A stretch of DNA of 64,000 nucleotides from assembly GCF_032191835.1 (NCBI RefSeq), contig NC_083230.1, forward strand, positions 72,354,001 to 72,418,000. Reading direction: 5' to 3'. A model generated the notes under the pieces. The model was not told the DNA's origin. It searched no databases and was given only the letters and a program-made list of their open reading frames with translations. Positions within the stretch are counted from its first letter, which is position 1. Every line of letters begins with the position of its first letter. Source of the DNA: Heteronotia binoei. Its lineage: Eukaryota. The position numbers and the translations under genes were made by a program. This document shows, piece by piece, positions 61,143 through 64,000 of the stretch.

Positions 61143-62180
61143 AATCATAGAATCATAGAGTTGGAAGGGGCTTCTAGTCCAACCCCCTGCTCAATGCAGG
61201 ATCAGCCTAGAGCATTCCTGACCAGTTTTCATCCAGCCACTGCTTAAAGATTGCTTGTGAGGGGGAGCTCACCACCTCCCTCAGTAGATGATTCCACTGT
61301 TGAACAACTCTTACTGTAAAAAGGTTTTTCCTAATATCCAGTTGATACCTTCTCACCCTTTTTGAGAGCCAGTTTGGTGTATGTTTAAGTGTGCGGACTC
61401 TTATCTAAGAGAACCGGGTTTGATTCCCCACTCCTCCACTTGCAGCTGCTGGAATGGCCTTGGGTCACCCATAGTTATCACAGAGCTTGTCCTTGAATAG
61501 GGCAGCTTCTGGGAGAGCTCTCTCAGCCCCACCCACCTCACAGGGTGTTTGTTGTAGGGGAGGGAGATAAAGGAGATTGTGAGCCACTCTGAGACTCTTG
61601 AGTGGAGGGCGGAATATAAATCCAATGTCTTCTTCTTCTTCTTCTAATTTAAACCCATTATTATAAGTCCTCTCCTCTGCTACCAACTGGAACAGCTCCC
61701 TGCCCTCCTCTAAGTGACAACCCTTCACATGTATAGCAAGCAATCATATCTCCCCTCAACCTCCTCTTTTCCAGACTGAACATTCCCAAGTCCCTTAGCA
61801 TTTCCTCACAGGGCTTGGTCTCCAGGCCCCCAACTGCTGGCTGCTCATATTTAACTTATGGTCCGCTCATACCTGAACATCTTGTTCACACACACTGCTA
61901 CCCGGAAGTGTATCCCCAATCCAGTATGTGTGTTTCTCATTTTTGTTTCTGAGATGTAGAACGTGGCACTTATCCTTGTTAAATTGCTTCTTGTTCACTT
62001 CCACCCACTTTTTCATCATATTCATACCTTGTTGAATTCTAACTCTATATTCCGGTGTATTTTCTGCTCCTCCCAATTTGGTGTAATTCACACCCTCATC
62101 AAGATCATTAATAAAAATATTGAAAAGTACAGGGCCAAAATCTGAGTCCTGTGGTACCCCACTGGACACCTCCCTCCATT
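61143..62180 (-). mobile_element. CR1 3' fragment with a nested SINE
   Basis: (CATAGAAT)n tail at about 61144-61160. The minus strand encodes GVPQDS..GPVLFNIFINDLDEG and FNKDKCHVLHL. Confidence 0.85.
61366..61637 (+). mobile_element. Squam3-like tRNA SINE
   Basis: GAGAGCCAGTTTGGTGTA...GGACTCTTATCT...GGGTTTGATTCCCCACTCC head; GAGGGCGGAATATAAAT plus (TTC)n tail. Confidence 0.8.
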
Positions 62181-63133
62181 CAGATGTAATGCCATAATAA
62201 TTTGAATATTAACTGTGCAATCAGGGGCAGGTCTACTTAGAAGTAATTCCCAATTATGTCCATACTCCCAGGTATGTGTGCAGCCTTATGACTACAGCCT
62301 TAGACTTGGAAGTCTAAGGCTGTGGTCACATGGCAGGGTTAGCACAGTCTGGCCCATCTCTACTTTCTGAACTTTTGTGTAACAGAGAAATCTGATCAGA
62401 CATCCCATCCTTAACCTGCTTCACCTCACACACAGCCCATGGAGTACCAATCAGACAGCAGCCACAGAGTAGGAGCTTTTCTTTATTATTTGTCACTTGA
62501 GCATTGTGCATAAGTACTTATGGGAAGTATTGTTTCAAACACCTGGCGACCAATGGAATTGCTGGAGGAGACTGCTGGGATTTGTAGTGTGGCTGTGTTT
62601 TTTAAAAATTATTTTTTTCAAAAGTTGCAAAGCTGAGGGGAAAGAAGCCTCATCCTGTGTCCTGTGTGCTGATGTTTTTATTTACAAGCTTGGAGTGAAG
62701 CTTAGAGTCTTGACATCATTCTCAGACCACCTCCTTCCGCACTCCCTCTCTGAAAAAAAAATCTCATATTTTCAGTTAACCCCTTTCCCAGCCACATGTG
62801 CTAGAAAGTTGTAGGCAGAAAACAGATGAAACAAATAGGTGCCTTTCTTTGAAAGTTTTAAAAAGATTTTTAAAAGAGAAATACATGAGGCAAAGATCTG
62901 CTTAAGCACACACTGCTACATAATTTTTTAAAAAATGGTGCCAACAAAAATGTGCCCTCTAGTTTTTCAAATGACTTGATTTTGCAAGAGAACTCCAGGG
63001 AGATGTAGAAATTGCATGGCAAGACCAATTCAATTCACAAAGATCTGTTTTTTTTTCTGGCATCCAGAAAGTGAGTACAGGCCACCAACTGCAGAATAGG
63101 AGACAAATGTCACTGTCCAAATGATCATTTTTA

Positions 63134-63442
63134 TTAGGATTTGTAGAATCTTTCGGGATCAAGTGCCGTGTTCTACTGGAGAAAGTTTTCCTTCCAGACG
63201 TTTTGTTCTCAGCTGTGGAGAACATCCTCAGTGGCGTTGCAGCCGGAGCAGGCACTCAGACCTTCTTGGCTGCTGTGCACAGGTCTGAGCGCCTGCTCCG
63301 GCTGCAACGCCACTGAGGATATTCTTCGCAGCTGAAAACGAAACGTCTGGAAGGAAAACTTTCTCCAGTAGAACACGGCACTTGATCCTGAAAGATTCTA
63401 CAAACCCTAATGATGTTACCAGCCGTGAAAACCTGAAATCTT
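63134..63442. mobile_element. PLE terminal-repeat insertion with an inverted duplication (about 130-bp arms) and two hammerhead cores
   Basis: Arms 63133-63262 and 63282-63411; TSD TGATCATTTTTA (63122-63133, 63443-63454); plus-strand core CCA-CTGAGGA-T...GAAA-CGTC-TGG at 63310-63350. Confidence 0.85.
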
Positions 63443-64000
63443 TGATCATTTTTAATTTGTAAGAGAGAGGCAATAAAACTGGGTCAAATAATGCATCTGA
63501 TCACAGCCTAAGAATCCCTGAAGGCTCCTTGTCTCAATAAATAATTGGATACTCAGGTTAGTGAGTAGTGTGGCCAGGTAAGATCAAGTTATAAATATAC
63601 AACTTTAAATTTAAGGTAACCATCCTAATATCATTTTGTTGTGTTATGAACCTTGTGTGTAATGATGGTCATGTTTACAGCGTTACCTATAACAGGGCTT
63701 TTCCTAGTCTGCTGTTATAGAGATGACAGAGATCTCTTCTCAGTGAATGTTCTATTACATGTTCACTTTTTACTACCCAACTACCTACATCTCCCTGGCC
63801 TTACAAAAAGCTTCTTGGAGCAGTCTTCCACCCTGGGAATATGTGGGAGAGTCATGACCTTTTCTGTGAAAAGGAGAGGTGTCAGGGTGATACCGTTGGA
63901 TTGCTGTGCTGCCTTTCTGTCAACCTATCAAAAGGATATGATTCAAACCCATTCAGCAGAGTGGTCAGGAGCGTGGCAATTCCAAGACTCCTTCTGGGCA

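Noticed and set aside
1-64000. CRISPR arrays or prokaryotic operons
   Set aside because: No regularly spaced repeat-spacer arrays; the sequence is eukaryotic and repeat-rich.

Overview
Vertebrate genomic DNA, most likely from a squamate and probably a gecko (inferred from Sauria-type and Squam3-type SINEs). It is dominated by transposable elements, and no host gene could be identified; only one orphan internal exon candidate was found. The centrepiece is a 13-kb nested stack. A CR1 LINE (6900-7020 + 17488-20163) is split, with no target-site duplication (TSD), by a Ngaro-like tyrosine-recombinase retrotransposon (7021-17487: gag with Cys/His fingers, RT, RNase H, YR and an extra SGNH/GDSL esterase ORF). 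That element is in turn hit by two antisense L2 insertions, one of them full-length and nearly intact. Each L2 carries at its 5' junction a captured piece of the Ngaro 3' end, and the two pieces tile positions 17338-17452. Elsewhere are several Penelope-like terminal repeats with minimal hammerhead ribozyme cores, a GIY-YIG Penelope fragment, an RT-less CR1 derivative that keeps its ORF1 esterase and endonuclease, solo LTRs with exact TSDs, hAT MITEs with 8-bp TSDs, fold-back MITEs, and Vingi-like and R4/Dong fragments. All family assignments are by motif recognition, not database search. Boundaries without a stated TSD are approximate.
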